Shown piece by piece: positions 48,950 to 58,585 of a DNA stretch of 64,000 bases. The stretch spans positions 2,491 through 66,490 of the forward strand of contig JAJEFJ010000031.1 in NCBI GenBank assembly GCA_022820485.1, in the 5' to 3' direction. Position 1 is the stretch's first letter. Each line of letters opens with the position of its first letter. The DNA comes from Candidatus Latescibacterota bacterium (lineage in GTDB: Bacteria; Latescibacterota; UBA2968; UBA8231). The notes below the pieces were generated by a model. That model was not told the origin of the DNA. It ran no database searches and was given only the letters and a program-made list of their open reading frames with translations. Both the position numbers and the translations under genes were made by a program.

Positions 48950-49915
48950 GTGTTCCTACCGGAAGCTTTTCGCGACCGCTTGCAGGCCATCCTCCCAGCC
49001 GAGCACTTTGCCACCTGCTGGCAGAGCTTGGCCGCTGAGCAGCCTACGGCCTTCCGCGCCAACGCACTCAAGGGCACGCCTGACGCGCTCGTGGCCGAGC
49101 TAACGGCGGAGGGCTTTGCGCTGACGCCGCTCGCTTGGAAGGCCGACGCCTTTGTCGTCCCGGCTACCCAACGCCGCGCCCTCACCGAATGCGCGGCCTA
49201 CCGCGAAGGCCGGCTCTACATCCAAAACCCCTCCAGCATGGTACCGCCGATTCTCCTGTCGCCGCAAAGCGAAGAGTGCATTCTCGACCTCGGAGCCGCC
49301 CCAGGCAGCAAGACCTTGCAGCTCGCCGAGCTGATGGACAATCAAGGAAGCATCTGGGCTGTGGAGTCCGTGCGCGGCCGCTTCTTTCGCCTGCGGGACA
49401 ACCTAGCGCGGCACGGAGCCGAAAACGTGCAAACCCATCTCGCCGACGGAACCCGCATCTGGCGTCGCCATCCAGAGCGCTTCGACCGCGTGCTCCTCGA
49501 TGCGCCATGCTCGTCCGAAGGGCGATTCCGCGCCGATGCTCCCAAGACCTATGCCTATTGGAGCCAGAAGAAGATCGCCGAGGCCAGCCGCAAACAGCGG
49601 CGGCTCTGCTACTCAGCCGTGCAATGCCTCAAGCCGGGCGGGGTGTTGGTCTATTCGACCTGCACCTTCGCACCCGAAGAAAACGAGGCCATCATCAACC
49701 GAGTGCTGCGGCAATTCGCCGATGCCCTAACCGTCGAGGACATCGCACTGCCTTTTGCCAATGCGGTGTCGGGCTTGAGCGAGTGGCGGGGGAAGGCATT
49801 TGATGCCCAAGTACAGCGAGCTAAGCGGATTTTACCGCTGGAGGGAATGGAGGGGTTTTTCGTGTGTCGATTGCGTAAGACGGCGAGTACAGTTAGCGAC
49901 CTACCTCAGCGCTAA
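48950..49915 (+). CDS. RsmB/NOP (RsmF-like) m5C RNA methyltransferase
   Basis: AAPGSKT, LDAPCS, YSTCT..PEENE. Confidence 0.92.
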   Translation: MFLPEAFRDRLQAILPAEHFATCWQSLAAEQPTAFRANALKGTPDALVAELTAEGFALTPLAWKADAFVVPATQRRALTECAAYREGRLYIQNPSSMVPPILLSPQSEECILDLGAAPGSKTLQLAELMDNQGSIWAVESVRGRFFRLRDNLARHGAENVQTHLADGTRIWRRHPERFDRVLLDAPCSSEGRFRADAPKTYAYWSQKKIAEASRKQRRLCYSAVQCLKPGGVLVYSTCTFAPEENEAIINRVLRQFADALTVEDIALPFANAVSGLSEWRGKAFDAQVQRAKRILPLEGMEGFFVCRLRKTASTVSDLPQR

Positions 49916-51989
49916 GCCCCAAGCGCCAAGTCCGGCCCGCAGCGGGTTCGAAGAAGCGCCCGCCAAAGGCGTTGGGAACCACTGAGCCGTTGTACCGGGC
50001 ATCAAACAAGTTATCGACCGCGACAAAGGGCCTCGCTGCGCGATAGTCAATCCCCAAGCGCAGATCGACTCGCAGGTACGCACCATTGAAAAACTCGTCG
50101 GACGCGGCGTCGCTGCCGGGCGGCGGGCCGTTGAAATCATTGGCCCAGTAGCGGCCAACCCGCTCTAATTCGATCTCGGCAAACAGACCCTGCGGGCTGT
50201 CGTAGCTCAGCGCGGCGAAGAGCCGATGGCGCGGCACGCCCGGCACCTCGTTGCCAGCGAGCTGAACAAGTTCACCGTCGGTCTCAACCTCGTAGTCCTC
50301 AAAAACGTAGTCGCCAAAAGTGTACGCGAGGGTGGTCCGCAGCCCCGAGACCGGCACCGCCGAAAGCGAGAGCTCCAACCCCCGGTTGCGCGCTTGACCG
50401 GCGTTGCGGAAGTAAATCTCCTCGCTGTCTTCACTCTCGACCTGAAAGGGAATCAGCGCGTCGGCGATCTGGAGTTGATACAAGGCGACCTCCAGATCCA
50501 AGCGCGCCCGGCGCACGTGGCGGCGCAATCCCGTCTCCAACCCGAGGACGCGCTCAGGGCCTAGATCCGGGTTGAAGCCGCCCTCGCCGCTGGGCCGGTT
50601 GCCCAACTCAGAGGTCGTGGGCGTCTGGAAGGCCGTGGCAACATGGGCGTACCAGCGCGAGAAGGGATCGAGGCGGTACACCATGCCCACCATCGGACTG
50701 AACTGGCCCATGTCACGCGAATTATCGTCCACGGCAAATCGGTAGCGGTCGTAGCGCCCCCCTACGGTCGCAGTCAGCGCATCACCCAAATCTCTCTCCA
50801 CGGAGACAAAGGGCCCGAAACTCCGCACCTGTTCCTCCTGATCCACTTGGCTATCGCCGTATTGCACGAGTGCGAAGACGCGCTCGTCTTCTACTCGCAC
50901 GCCCTCGGGCAAGCCCTCGTTGGCAAACTCGCGGCGGTCGTCGCGTTGGAAGTCCAAGTCGAGGCCAGTCACGAGGCGCGTACTGGCCCAAGCAAATTGG
51001 TGCTCGCTGCGCAGGCCGCCAGCGCGGCGGTCGAGCTCAATGATGCGGCCTGGAATGGGGTTTTTGAGCGCGCGGCCAACGCCGTACAGCACGAGGCTCG
51101 ACGCGCGATGGTGCTGTGCGTGCGGCGGGCGATATTCGAGACGAATGCCGCCTTGGCCCTGCTGCACCTGCTTGGATGCCCCCTGCCCTACCACAAATCC
51201 GCGTGCGCTGCGTGGACTGGTGCGCACAGGTTCCGCAGCGAGCGAACTCGGATTGAACAAGTACGGAGCATCGTACAAATGCAGTAGAAGCGTCAACTCA
51301 GTATTAGGAGTGAGAGCGTGGCCGACGAGTGCGTTGAGGCTGCGAGCGCGGGCGTCGGCATGGTCGCGATAGCCCTCGCTGCGCAGCTCGTACAAGCTGG
51401 CGAACGCATGAGTATTATCAGTTCGCCCCGCAAGACTCGTCTGCGCGCGGAACAGGCCGTTGCTGCCGGCGATCAAGCGCGGCTCCACGCGCCAAGCCTC
51501 CTCAGCCGGAGCTTGGGTGTGGGCTGCGAGCACGCCGCCGCCCGCATTGCCGTACAGCGAAGAACTGGGACCGCGCAGAACCTCAATGCGTCCGGTTGAC
51601 CCCAAGTCGAGGTTGTTGAGCTGGCTCTGGCCGTCGGGCATGGTCAGGGGAATGCCGTCGAGCAAGACCTTGATCCCACGCACGCCAAACGCCGCGCGTG
51701 CGCCCAAGCCTCGCACACTGAGCCGATCGCCTTGAGACAGGTTGTGGCGGTTGGCGATGAACAGCCCAGGCACCGGACGCAGCGACTCGGCCAGCGAGAG
51801 CCCGGGCCGGGCGCGCCCGACCTCAGCGATCACGGTCGTAGCCAGCGGCAAATCAAATCCCTCGCGAGGCGCGCGTGTCGCCGTGATTTCGATGGGGGAC
51901 ATTTGGTAGCGGGGTTCAGGATCGTCGGCGCGAGCGGCTGCGGCGATCAGGATTAGCGTTAGGCACTGGATTAACTGATTTTTTTTCAT
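49893..51989 (-). CDS. TonB-dependent receptor
   Basis: Plug RGLGAR...DGIP, RIEVLRGPSSSLYG; barrel ending NLFDARY...EPAAGR. Confidence 0.92.
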   Translation of the reverse strand: MKKNQLIQCLTLILIAAAARADDPEPRYQMSPIEITATRAPREGFDLPLATTVIAEVGRARPGLSLAESLRPVPGLFIANRHNLSQGDRLSVRGLGARAAFGVRGIKVLLDGIPLTMPDGQSQLNNLDLGSTGRIEVLRGPSSSLYGNAGGGVLAAHTQAPAEEAWRVEPRLIAGSNGLFRAQTSLAGRTDNTHAFASLYELRSEGYRDHADARARSLNALVGHALTPNTELTLLLHLYDAPYLFNPSSLAAEPVRTSPRSARGFVVGQGASKQVQQGQGGIRLEYRPPHAQHHRASSLVLYGVGRALKNPIPGRIIELDRRAGGLRSEHQFAWASTRLVTGLDLDFQRDDRREFANEGLPEGVRVEDERVFALVQYGDSQVDQEEQVRSFGPFVSVERDLGDALTATVGGRYDRYRFAVDDNSRDMGQFSPMVGMVYRLDPFSRWYAHVATAFQTPTTSELGNRPSGEGGFNPDLGPERVLGLETGLRRHVRRARLDLEVALYQLQIADALIPFQVESEDSEEIYFRNAGQARNRGLELSLSAVPVSGLRTTLAYTFGDYVFEDYEVETDGELVQLAGNEVPGVPRHRLFAALSYDSPQGLFAEIELERVGRYWANDFNGPPPGSDAASDEFFNGAYLRVDLRLGIDYRAARPFVAVDNLFDARYNGSVVPNAFGGRFFEPAAGRTWRLGLSAEVGR

Positions 51990-52019
51990 AGCATTATTAT
52001 GACGTTACGCATTTTCCTT

Positions 52020-52045
52020 GTCATGCTGAGCGGAGCGAAGCATCC
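52020..52045. repeat. REP-like short palindromic unit
   Basis: GTCATGCTGAGCGGAGCGAAGCATC (ATGCT...AGCAT stem); single copy in this window. Confidence 0.45.
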
Positions 52046-52128
52046 CATACTTAAGAAGCCGTACATAATCAGTTTCTAAAGAACACCACGAAGAAATACA
52101 GACGCAAACCGGGAATTAGGACCAAGCC

Positions 52129-52593
52129 ATGAGCATGGGAATCGCCCTACTGCTGTTGCTAGGCGGATGCTTTGCCGCAGAGGACGGACCAAGCGGCGCA
52201 GTAGAAGCCCTGCGCAGCGAGGTGGAGTTTGTCGAGGACGCGGGATTGGAGGGCAGCGTGTCGATCGACAGCTTGACTTGGTTGCCGTTTTTTCCAGAGC
52301 CGGGATTCGGGGGAACAGCGGAATTCGAGGGGGCCTTTGCGGCCGTGTTTAGCAATGTCGGCGACGCCACCGTGTGGGTGCGCTACGACTTGCGGTTTTT
52401 CGACCAAGAGGAATTTCTAATCGACGCGTTTATACCGTTTGGGCAACCGGTAATCCTCAGCGCCGGGGAAACGCGCCGCGTGGAAGGAGATTTTCTAATT
52501 CGCACCGACGACCCGCGCGATTTTGAACGACTCGCCCTAATGAAGCTCGTAGCGCACATCAGGCGACCTTCTCAATTAGGAATTAGGAACTGA
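52129..52593 (+). CDS. Hypothetical lipoprotein
   Basis: Lipobox LLGGC; beta-rich body. Confidence 0.6.
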   Translation: MSMGIALLLLLGGCFAAEDGPSGAVEALRSEVEFVEDAGLEGSVSIDSLTWLPFFPEPGFGGTAEFEGAFAAVFSNVGDATVWVRYDLRFFDQEEFLIDAFIPFGQPVILSAGETRRVEGDFLIRTDDPRDFERLALMKLVAHIRRPSQLGIRN

Positions 52594-52757
52594 GAATTAG
52601 GAATTACCCCGCCCTAATTCGTAATTCCTAATTCCTAACTGACGTTACGCAGTCGCTCTATATCTTGCGGATTATCAAAGCCTGTTGACCCAAGATATTG
52701 GGGCGAAATTGCGGATTTGCTGGAAAACTGCGTAACATCAGTTCCTAATTCCTAATT
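52573..52757. terminator. Inverted heptamer arrays (AATTAGG)n...(CCTAATT)n between convergent genes, likely bidirectional terminator
   Basis: aattaggaattaggaactgagaattaggaatt pairs with cctaattcgtaattcctaattcct; the right arm is interrupted by the MITE. Confidence 0.6.
52639..52741. mobile_element. 103-bp MITE-like element, copy 2
   Basis: Terminal inverted repeats CTGACGTTACGCAGT / ACTGCGTAACATCAG; same length as copy 1. Confidence 0.85.
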
Positions 52758-53557
52758 CAAAACGCCACAAAGCCCCCACAAACCGGAATGCACTGCCCAG
52801 TGACGTAATCCGACAGGTCGGACGCCAAAAACTCCACCACTTTAGCGCAGTCCTCGGGCGTGCCCAAGCGGCGGAGAGGAATCTGCGACTCTAAGCGCTG
52901 GCGCGATTCCTCGCTGTTGCGGCCCTGGGCCACGGCGCGGGACGACAAAATTAGGCCCGGGGCAATGCAGTTGACGTGGATGCCATACGGGCCTAGCTCG
53001 GCGGCGAGTACCCGCGTGTAGTGGACGATACCGGCCTTGGCCACCTTGTAGGGCATCCCACCGCCGTCGCGTCCGCTCCACAGCCCCGCTTGCGAGGCCA
53101 CGTTGATGATTTTGCCGGATTGGGCCTCCTTCATCGCCGCGCTGACCGCTTGACAGCAGTGGATGGTGGCGGTGAGGTTGATGTCCATGATGTAGCGGTA
53201 GTGGTCTTCTCCAGCCAAGGAGGCGGCTTGTTCCTCGTGCGAGCGCAAGTTGCCGCCGGCGTTGTTGACCAGTATGTCGATGCGGCCAAAAGTATCGAGT
53301 CCCTCGGCGACCAAGGCATCTACTGCTTGGCGGTCGGTGACATCCACGGCAATGCCCACGGCGCGGCGACCGAGGTTGACGACTTCGGCTTCCACAGTCT
53401 CGGCCGCGAGTTCTTCGCCGTATTCGCGCGCGGCCTGCAGGTCTATGTCGGCGATGATAACGTCCGCGCCCAAGCGAGCCAGATGGAGGACGTAAGCGCG
53501 ACCCAAGCCGCGCGCACCACCCGTGATGAGAGCAACCTTGCCTTCAAGCGACATCAA
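52757..53557 (-). CDS. SDR oxidoreductase
   Basis: TGGARGLG, NNAGG, YKVAK. Confidence 0.92.
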   Translation of the reverse strand: MMSLEGKVALITGGARGLGRAYVLHLARLGADVIIADIDLQAAREYGEELAAETVEAEVVNLGRRAVGIAVDVTDRQAVDALVAEGLDTFGRIDILVNNAGGNLRSHEEQAASLAGEDHYRYIMDINLTATIHCCQAVSAAMKEAQSGKIINVASQAGLWSGRDGGGMPYKVAKAGIVHYTRVLAAELGPYGIHVNCIAPGLILSSRAVAQGRNSEESRQRLESQIPLRRLGTPEDCAKVVEFLASDLSDYVTGQCIPVCGGFVAF

Positions 53558-53706
53558 AAATCTCCTTTTCCAAATAATTAGGACACGACATCAATCGTCG
53601 GCAATCCACGAAGAGCCAAGAGAATTGGATAAAACTTGCATGACAAGAGGAGCGTTTGGCAAATTAGGTGCTAGCGAATGCGCGTTACCTAACAGAAAGA
53701 GGTCGA

Positions 53707-55089
53707 ATGGCAGAGCAAATCGGTGCAATCATTGAACAGGGGCCAGAGGACTGGCAGATCGTACAACAGGACGAGCGTGGGGAAGGAAGGATTGAGCTAG
53801 AGGGTCGATGGAAGTTTGAAACGCCCGGACAAGTGGAGGTGCGCTTGGTGTGGGAGGATACAGGGGTGGCCGTTGCGGCCGGTTTGGACTGGCAGGCGGT
53901 ACCGACAGCGGAGGATGGTACTTGGAAAGGTGCTTTGAAACGCATACCCGCAGGAGGGCTTTACCGGCTGGAGACGCGGTTGCGGACGGCGGACAACCCG
54001 GCTGGGGAATGGTCGCCGCGCGGGGATATGCGGCACTTTTTGGGGGTAGGCGATTTGTGGGTGATTGCCGGGCAGAGCAATTCGGCCGGATACGGACGCG
54101 GACCGTACGAGGATCCAGTCGAGTTGGGGGTCCATCTGTTTAGGAACAGCGAGCACTGGGCACTGGCGACGCACCCGATGAACGAATCGACCGCTACCCA
54201 ACACGCAGTGAACCGCGAGGCCGCCAACCCAGGGCATTCGCCCTACCTGCAATTTGGCCGCACGCTCAAAAGAGTGCTCGCGCACCCAGTGGGTTTAGTA
54301 CAGACGGCATTGGGAGGCTCTCCGCTCACTCGTTGGAACCCCGGCGAGCCTGGGGCGGCGGATTTGTTCGACAATATGGTGCAGTGCGTGGACAAGGTCG
54401 GAGGAACGGTCCGGGGTATTGTGTGGTACCAAGGGGAAAGCGATGCGGGGACCGACGCGGACGCGACCAGTTACGCGCAGCGGTTCCAGCAAGCAGTCGC
54501 CGCCTGGCGGGAGGCCCTTGCCGATGCGGAGTTGCCGGTGCTCACCGTGCAGCTAAACCGCGTGTACCAACCCGCCGACCCGGATGCCGATCGGCACTGG
54601 AGCCAAGTGCGCGAGGCCCAGCGGCAGGTGGCGCGGCAAGTGCCGGGCATAGGTGTGGTGCCCGCACTCGACTTGCCGCTTGCCGATCTGATCCACACCA
54701 GTCCCGCCGGCAACATGCTCTTGGGCGAGCGGTTGGCGCAGGCGGCTTTGGGGCTGGTCTATGGCCAAGTAGTAGCTTGGCAAGCACCGGATTTAGCGGC
54801 GGCCCGGCGGCGGGAGGACCGCGTCGAATTGGAGTTTACTGCCGTCGAGAGCCGGATGGACAGCATCGACTTAGAGGCCAATAGCTTCCGGGTCGAGGAT
54901 GAAGCCGGCGAGGTGCCAATCGCAGCGGTGGTCTATCCCCAGGACCACCGCGTCGAACTGATCTTGGAGCGGCCTTTGCAAGGGGCGGCTAGGGTTCACG
55001 GCGGCTACGGCAAGGATCCAGCGACCGTGCCAGCGGATATGGAGCGATTCTTGCCCATGTTGGGCTTTTGGGGCGTGGAGATTGTCTGA
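53707..55089 (+). CDS. Sialate O-acetylesterase (SASA/SGNH) family
   Basis: GQSNS, WYQGESD, DLIH. Confidence 0.85.
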   Translation: MAEQIGAIIEQGPEDWQIVQQDERGEGRIELEGRWKFETPGQVEVRLVWEDTGVAVAAGLDWQAVPTAEDGTWKGALKRIPAGGLYRLETRLRTADNPAGEWSPRGDMRHFLGVGDLWVIAGQSNSAGYGRGPYEDPVELGVHLFRNSEHWALATHPMNESTATQHAVNREAANPGHSPYLQFGRTLKRVLAHPVGLVQTALGGSPLTRWNPGEPGAADLFDNMVQCVDKVGGTVRGIVWYQGESDAGTDADATSYAQRFQQAVAAWREALADAELPVLTVQLNRVYQPADPDADRHWSQVREAQRQVARQVPGIGVVPALDLPLADLIHTSPAGNMLLGERLAQAALGLVYGQVVAWQAPDLAAARRREDRVELEFTAVESRMDSIDLEANSFRVEDEAGEVPIAAVVYPQDHRVELILERPLQGAARVHGGYGKDPATVPADMERFLPMLGFWGVEIV

Positions 55090-55805
55090 TGATTATGGTA
55101 CGCGCAAGTATCTTATCGGCTGCCCTGCTGTTCGGCAGCGCTGGGGCGCAGACGAATCTGGTAGGTTCCTGGGAGAGCTGCCAGAGCGAGTTGGGCTCCT
55201 TCGTAGAGCACTTCTATATCGAGTTCAATAGCAATGGGCGCTTCCGCCGCGTCGCGCTGCGGGACGATTCCGAGCGGCCGGTAACAGAAGATCAAGGCCA
55301 GTACGAAGCCGCTAACGGCATTGTTACCCTGCGCTATACCGCCAACGTCAGCGGGGTGCTGGCCGAACAAAGCGAGACGGTGCCCTTCCAGCTAGAGGAC
55401 GACACCCTGTATTGGGGAGCCGAACCCGCAATCGCCTTGGCGCGAGCACAGGAACTAGGCGACGAACTATTGGGTCGGTGGGGCATCGTCAATTTTGCCG
55501 ATGGGACGCTGGCCGGACACGTGGTCTTCCGGGCCGATGGAACCTACGAGCTAGAATTGGGTGGCGTCGGGCACAGCGGGGTGTGGTCGCGAGCGGGGTC
55601 GGGCGTAGTCCACTGGCCGACCACTGCCGATGAAGCCGGGGTCGTTGGGTTGCCGGCGGTGTGGACCAATGTGCGCGTCGAGGGCGACCAGCTCTTCTAC
55701 GACATCGCCTGTAGTTTCACCGTTGAAGCCGTGCGGTTGGCCACGGCTGTGGCGGAGGTGTCTTGGGGGGCGATCAAGCACCGTCTCGCAGGCCCGCCAA
55801 AATAG
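55089..55805 (+). CDS. Secreted protein with two lipocalin-like repeats and a C-terminal SWGAIK motif
   Basis: Signal peptide; LVGSW..FNSNGRF and LLGRW..FRADGTY; TAVAEVSWGAIK tail. Confidence 0.65.
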   Translation: MIMVRASILSAALLFGSAGAQTNLVGSWESCQSELGSFVEHFYIEFNSNGRFRRVALRDDSERPVTEDQGQYEAANGIVTLRYTANVSGVLAEQSETVPFQLEDDTLYWGAEPAIALARAQELGDELLGRWGIVNFADGTLAGHVVFRADGTYELELGGVGHSGVWSRAGSGVVHWPTTADEAGVVGLPAVWTNVRVEGDQLFYDIACSFTVEAVRLATAVAEVSWGAIKHRLAGPPK

Positions 55806-56727
55806 CCGTCGCAAGCTCCATCGTCGCGATGGCCTCGTCCAAGTCCGCAGCCGGCGGGCCGATGGGACGACCGGCCTTAATGCAGTCGAAGAAGTGGGCG
55901 GCCTGTGCTAGGGTGCTGTCCGTACCCTCCTTTTGCAAGTGCTTGCGCTCCCCGTCGCAGACCAACTCGCAGGTGGAAATCCCCTCTATATAGGCTGAGA
56001 TGTCGCGGCCGTGGATTTCGTAGCGCTCTAGGCGGGCGTCGGTGGTGTAGTTGGCGCAGATCTGGGCGACGCAGTCGTTTTCAAAGACGACCAACGCGGC
56101 GTGGACGTCCTTGTAGGCGGATGCGCGCCGGACAAAGCTGTGGACTTCGGCGACCGGCGCTCCACCCAAGTGGCGCACCAGATCAATCGCGTGGATCGGG
56201 CTTTCGAGCAGCATGTTGTCCATGACGATTTCGGGAAAGCGGCCACCGGCGATAAAACCGCTCATGCTCTTGTGGAACTCGCCGACTAGCTGGTAGATCG
56301 GGCCGCGAGACTCGATCTCCCCGCGCACCTGCAAGACCAACGGATCAAAGCGGCGATTCCAACCGACCATGCCACGGGCACCGCTGGCCTCAGCAGCCTC
56401 TTTCAGAGCGCGGGTCTGGTCCAAACTCATACCCGGCGGCTTCTCCAGCAGAGTATCGATCCCTCGCTCCAAGCACGGCAGGGCCGCCTCGGCATTGAGA
56501 TGGGCCGGGGTCGCGACGATCGCCGCGGCCAATTCCTCGGCGTCGAGCATAGCCTCTACGTCCGCGTAGCGGCGTTCGATGCCCCACTCGTCGCCGACCT
56601 GTTCGCGGCTTGCCGCAACCGGATCGCAGACGGCGACCAACTCGACGTCCTCCAGCTCATGCAGGGCGCGCACGTGGCCGCGACCGCGACCGCCGCAGCC
56701 AATTAATCCAACAGGTATATTCGCCAT
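55774..56727 (-). CDS. Gfo/Idh/MocA oxidoreductase
   Basis: GCGGRG, LEKPP, GWNRRF, IHAID. Confidence 0.9.
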   Translation of the reverse strand: MANIPVGLIGCGGRGRGHVRALHELEDVELVAVCDPVAASREQVGDEWGIERRYADVEAMLDAEELAAAIVATPAHLNAEAALPCLERGIDTLLEKPPGMSLDQTRALKEAAEASGARGMVGWNRRFDPLVLQVRGEIESRGPIYQLVGEFHKSMSGFIAGGRFPEIVMDNMLLESPIHAIDLVRHLGGAPVAEVHSFVRRASAYKDVHAALVVFENDCVAQICANYTTDARLERYEIHGRDISAYIEGISTCELVCDGERKHLQKEGTDSTLAQAAHFFDCIKAGRPIGPPAADLDEAIATMELATAILAGLRDGA

Positions 56728-56789
56728 AGATAGCTCCTTTTAGTACCTAGGGACCGATTTAGTTTCCCTCTCCAGATAGCGCAAGTGCA

Positions 56790-57062
56790 TCAACCACGCA
56801 TCTTTCTGGCACTCTCGAAGTCCTTTTCCAACTCTTCACGGGTTAAGTTCGCAACAGGAACTTGGTACGACTTCAAAATATCAAAAAAAGCCACTCTGCC
56901 TAGGCCAGCGAGTTCTGCGGCTCGCCCTGAGGATAAGCGACCAATTTCATAAAGCTTTGCTGCCAAAAGTATTCGTGCTTCCTGTGCAAATTCATCAGGG
57001 GTTTCTTTTAGCGCATTCAGGATGTTGGCAGGGCATTCAATCTTTATATCTACAGACGACAT
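56790..57062 (-). CDS. UPF0175-family putative antitoxin (orphan)
   Basis: AAKLYEIGRLSSGRAAELAGLGRVAF; low GC. Confidence 0.85.
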   Translation of the reverse strand: MSSVDIKIECPANILNALKETPDEFAQEARILLAAKLYEIGRLSSGRAAELAGLGRVAFFDILKSYQVPVANLTREELEKDFESARKMRG

Positions 57063-57254
57063 CTTGGGCCTCCGACGGGCGGCGAGGGCGGTTATGCCTT
57101 AGCTTACATCAGAAAACATACGGGGGAGATAAAGGCGTTGTCAACGGAGCATTTAGTGCAGCAGTAAGCCTGTCGTTGGTCGGGATGCGATCTTGAAAAC
57201 TATCGACAGAAAGGGCTCCTGGTAGGGCCATAAACGCCTCTTTCCCACCAAAGC

Positions 57255-57291
57255 AAAACGGGCTACGTCTTTTGACGTAACCCGTTGTTTT
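57255..57291 (-). terminator. Stem-loop downstream of tRNA-Arg(ACG)
   Basis: AACGGGCTACGTC-TTTT-GACGTAACCCGTT with flanking A/T runs. Confidence 0.65.
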
Positions 57292-57294
57292 TAA

Positions 57295-57371
57295 TGGCGC
57301 ACCCACAGGGACTCGAACCCCGAACCTTCTGATCCGTAGTCAGGTGCTCTATCCAATTGAGCTATGGGTGC
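57295..57371 (-). tRNA. tRNA-Arg(ACG)
   Basis: GCACCCATAGCTCAATTGGATAGAGCACCTGACTACGGATCAGAAGG...GGTTCGAGTCC...GCCA. Confidence 0.97.
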
Positions 57372-57409
57372 AAAGCAGTGTCATAAAATAGACTCCGCCC
57401 CCATACTCG

Positions 57410-58585
57410 TCAAGGTGCGAACCCCTCGGACAAAGCCTCCAAATACTTGTAACCCGATCCCGTATTAAAGAGCACCACGCGCTCGTCCGGGGCCACTAGC
57501 CCCTGCTCCTTGAGCTTGATTAGGGCCGCTAGCGTCGCCCCGCCTTCGGGTGCGGGGAAAATGCCCGCGTGCGCCGCCATGCTGTGCGAATGCGCGATCA
57601 ATTCCTCGTCGCTGACGGCAATGGCAGTGCCGCCGCTTTCCCGCAACACCTGCAACATCAGAAAATCGCCGACCGCACTGGGGACGCGCAGACCCGAAGC
57701 CACGGTGTGAGCGCCTTCCCAAGCCTCGGCAGCTTCATCGCCGCGAGCAAAGGCCCGCACAATCGGCGCACAGCCCTCGGCCTGCACCGAGATCATCCGC
57801 GGCCGGTGCTCGCCAATCCAGCCGAGTTGCTCCAGCTCGGCGAATGCCTTCCACATCCCGATCAACCCCGTGCCCCCGCCGGTGGGATAAATCACCACGT
57901 CGGGCAACAACCAATCCATCTGCTCGGCCAGCTCGTAGCCTAGCGTTTTCTTCCCCTCGATGCGGTACGGCTCCTTGAGCGTCGATACCTCAAACCACCC
58001 CTCGGCTTCTTTGCGCTCGCCGACGATGCGACCGCAATCGCTGATTAGCCCGTCAACCAGTTTGACCTCGGCACCGCAGGACCGACACTCGACGACAAAA
58101 GCCTGCGGCGTATCGCGAGGCATAAAGACAATCGCCGACAGGCCACAGGCGGCGGCGTAGGCTGCCATCGCGCCACCGGCATTGCCCGCCGTGGGGATGG
58201 CCAGCTTTTGCACGCCGCGCGCGCGAGCACAGGTAACGGCAGCCGAGAGTCCGCGCGCCTTGAAGGAGCCGGTGGGATTGGGCGATTCGTCCTTGATGTA
58301 GAGCTGAGAAAAGTCCGTCCAGCGACCCAAGCGCTCCGGGCGCAGCAACGGGGTGAAACCCTCGCCGAGAGAGACGATCTCCTCGGGCGTGCGAATGGGC
58401 ATGACTTCCCGGTAGCGCCACATCGTCGGCGGGCGGCTGCTAAGCGCGTCGCGGGTCAACGCACGTCCGGCCCGGTCTAAGTCGTAGCGGGCGAGGAGGG
58501 GCGCACCGACCTCCGACAGGTTCTGCAACACGTCGGCGTCGTAACGGGCACCCGTACGGGAACATTCTAGATGCGTCATGAACAC
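57410..58585 (-). CDS. thrC: Threonine synthase
   Basis: LGEGFTPL, NPTGSFKARG, TAGNAG, PTGGG, NTGSGYKY. Confidence 0.88.
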   Translation of the reverse strand: MFMTHLECSRTGARYDADVLQNLSEVGAPLLARYDLDRAGRALTRDALSSRPPTMWRYREVMPIRTPEEIVSLGEGFTPLLRPERLGRWTDFSQLYIKDESPNPTGSFKARGLSAAVTCARARGVQKLAIPTAGNAGGAMAAYAAACGLSAIVFMPRDTPQAFVVECRSCGAEVKLVDGLISDCGRIVGERKEAEGWFEVSTLKEPYRIEGKKTLGYELAEQMDWLLPDVVIYPTGGGTGLIGMWKAFAELEQLGWIGEHRPRMISVQAEGCAPIVRAFARGDEAAEAWEGAHTVASGLRVPSAVGDFLMLQVLRESGGTAIAVSDEELIAHSHSMAAHAGIFPAPEGGATLAALIKLKEQGLVAPDERVVLFNTGSGYKYLEALSEGFAP

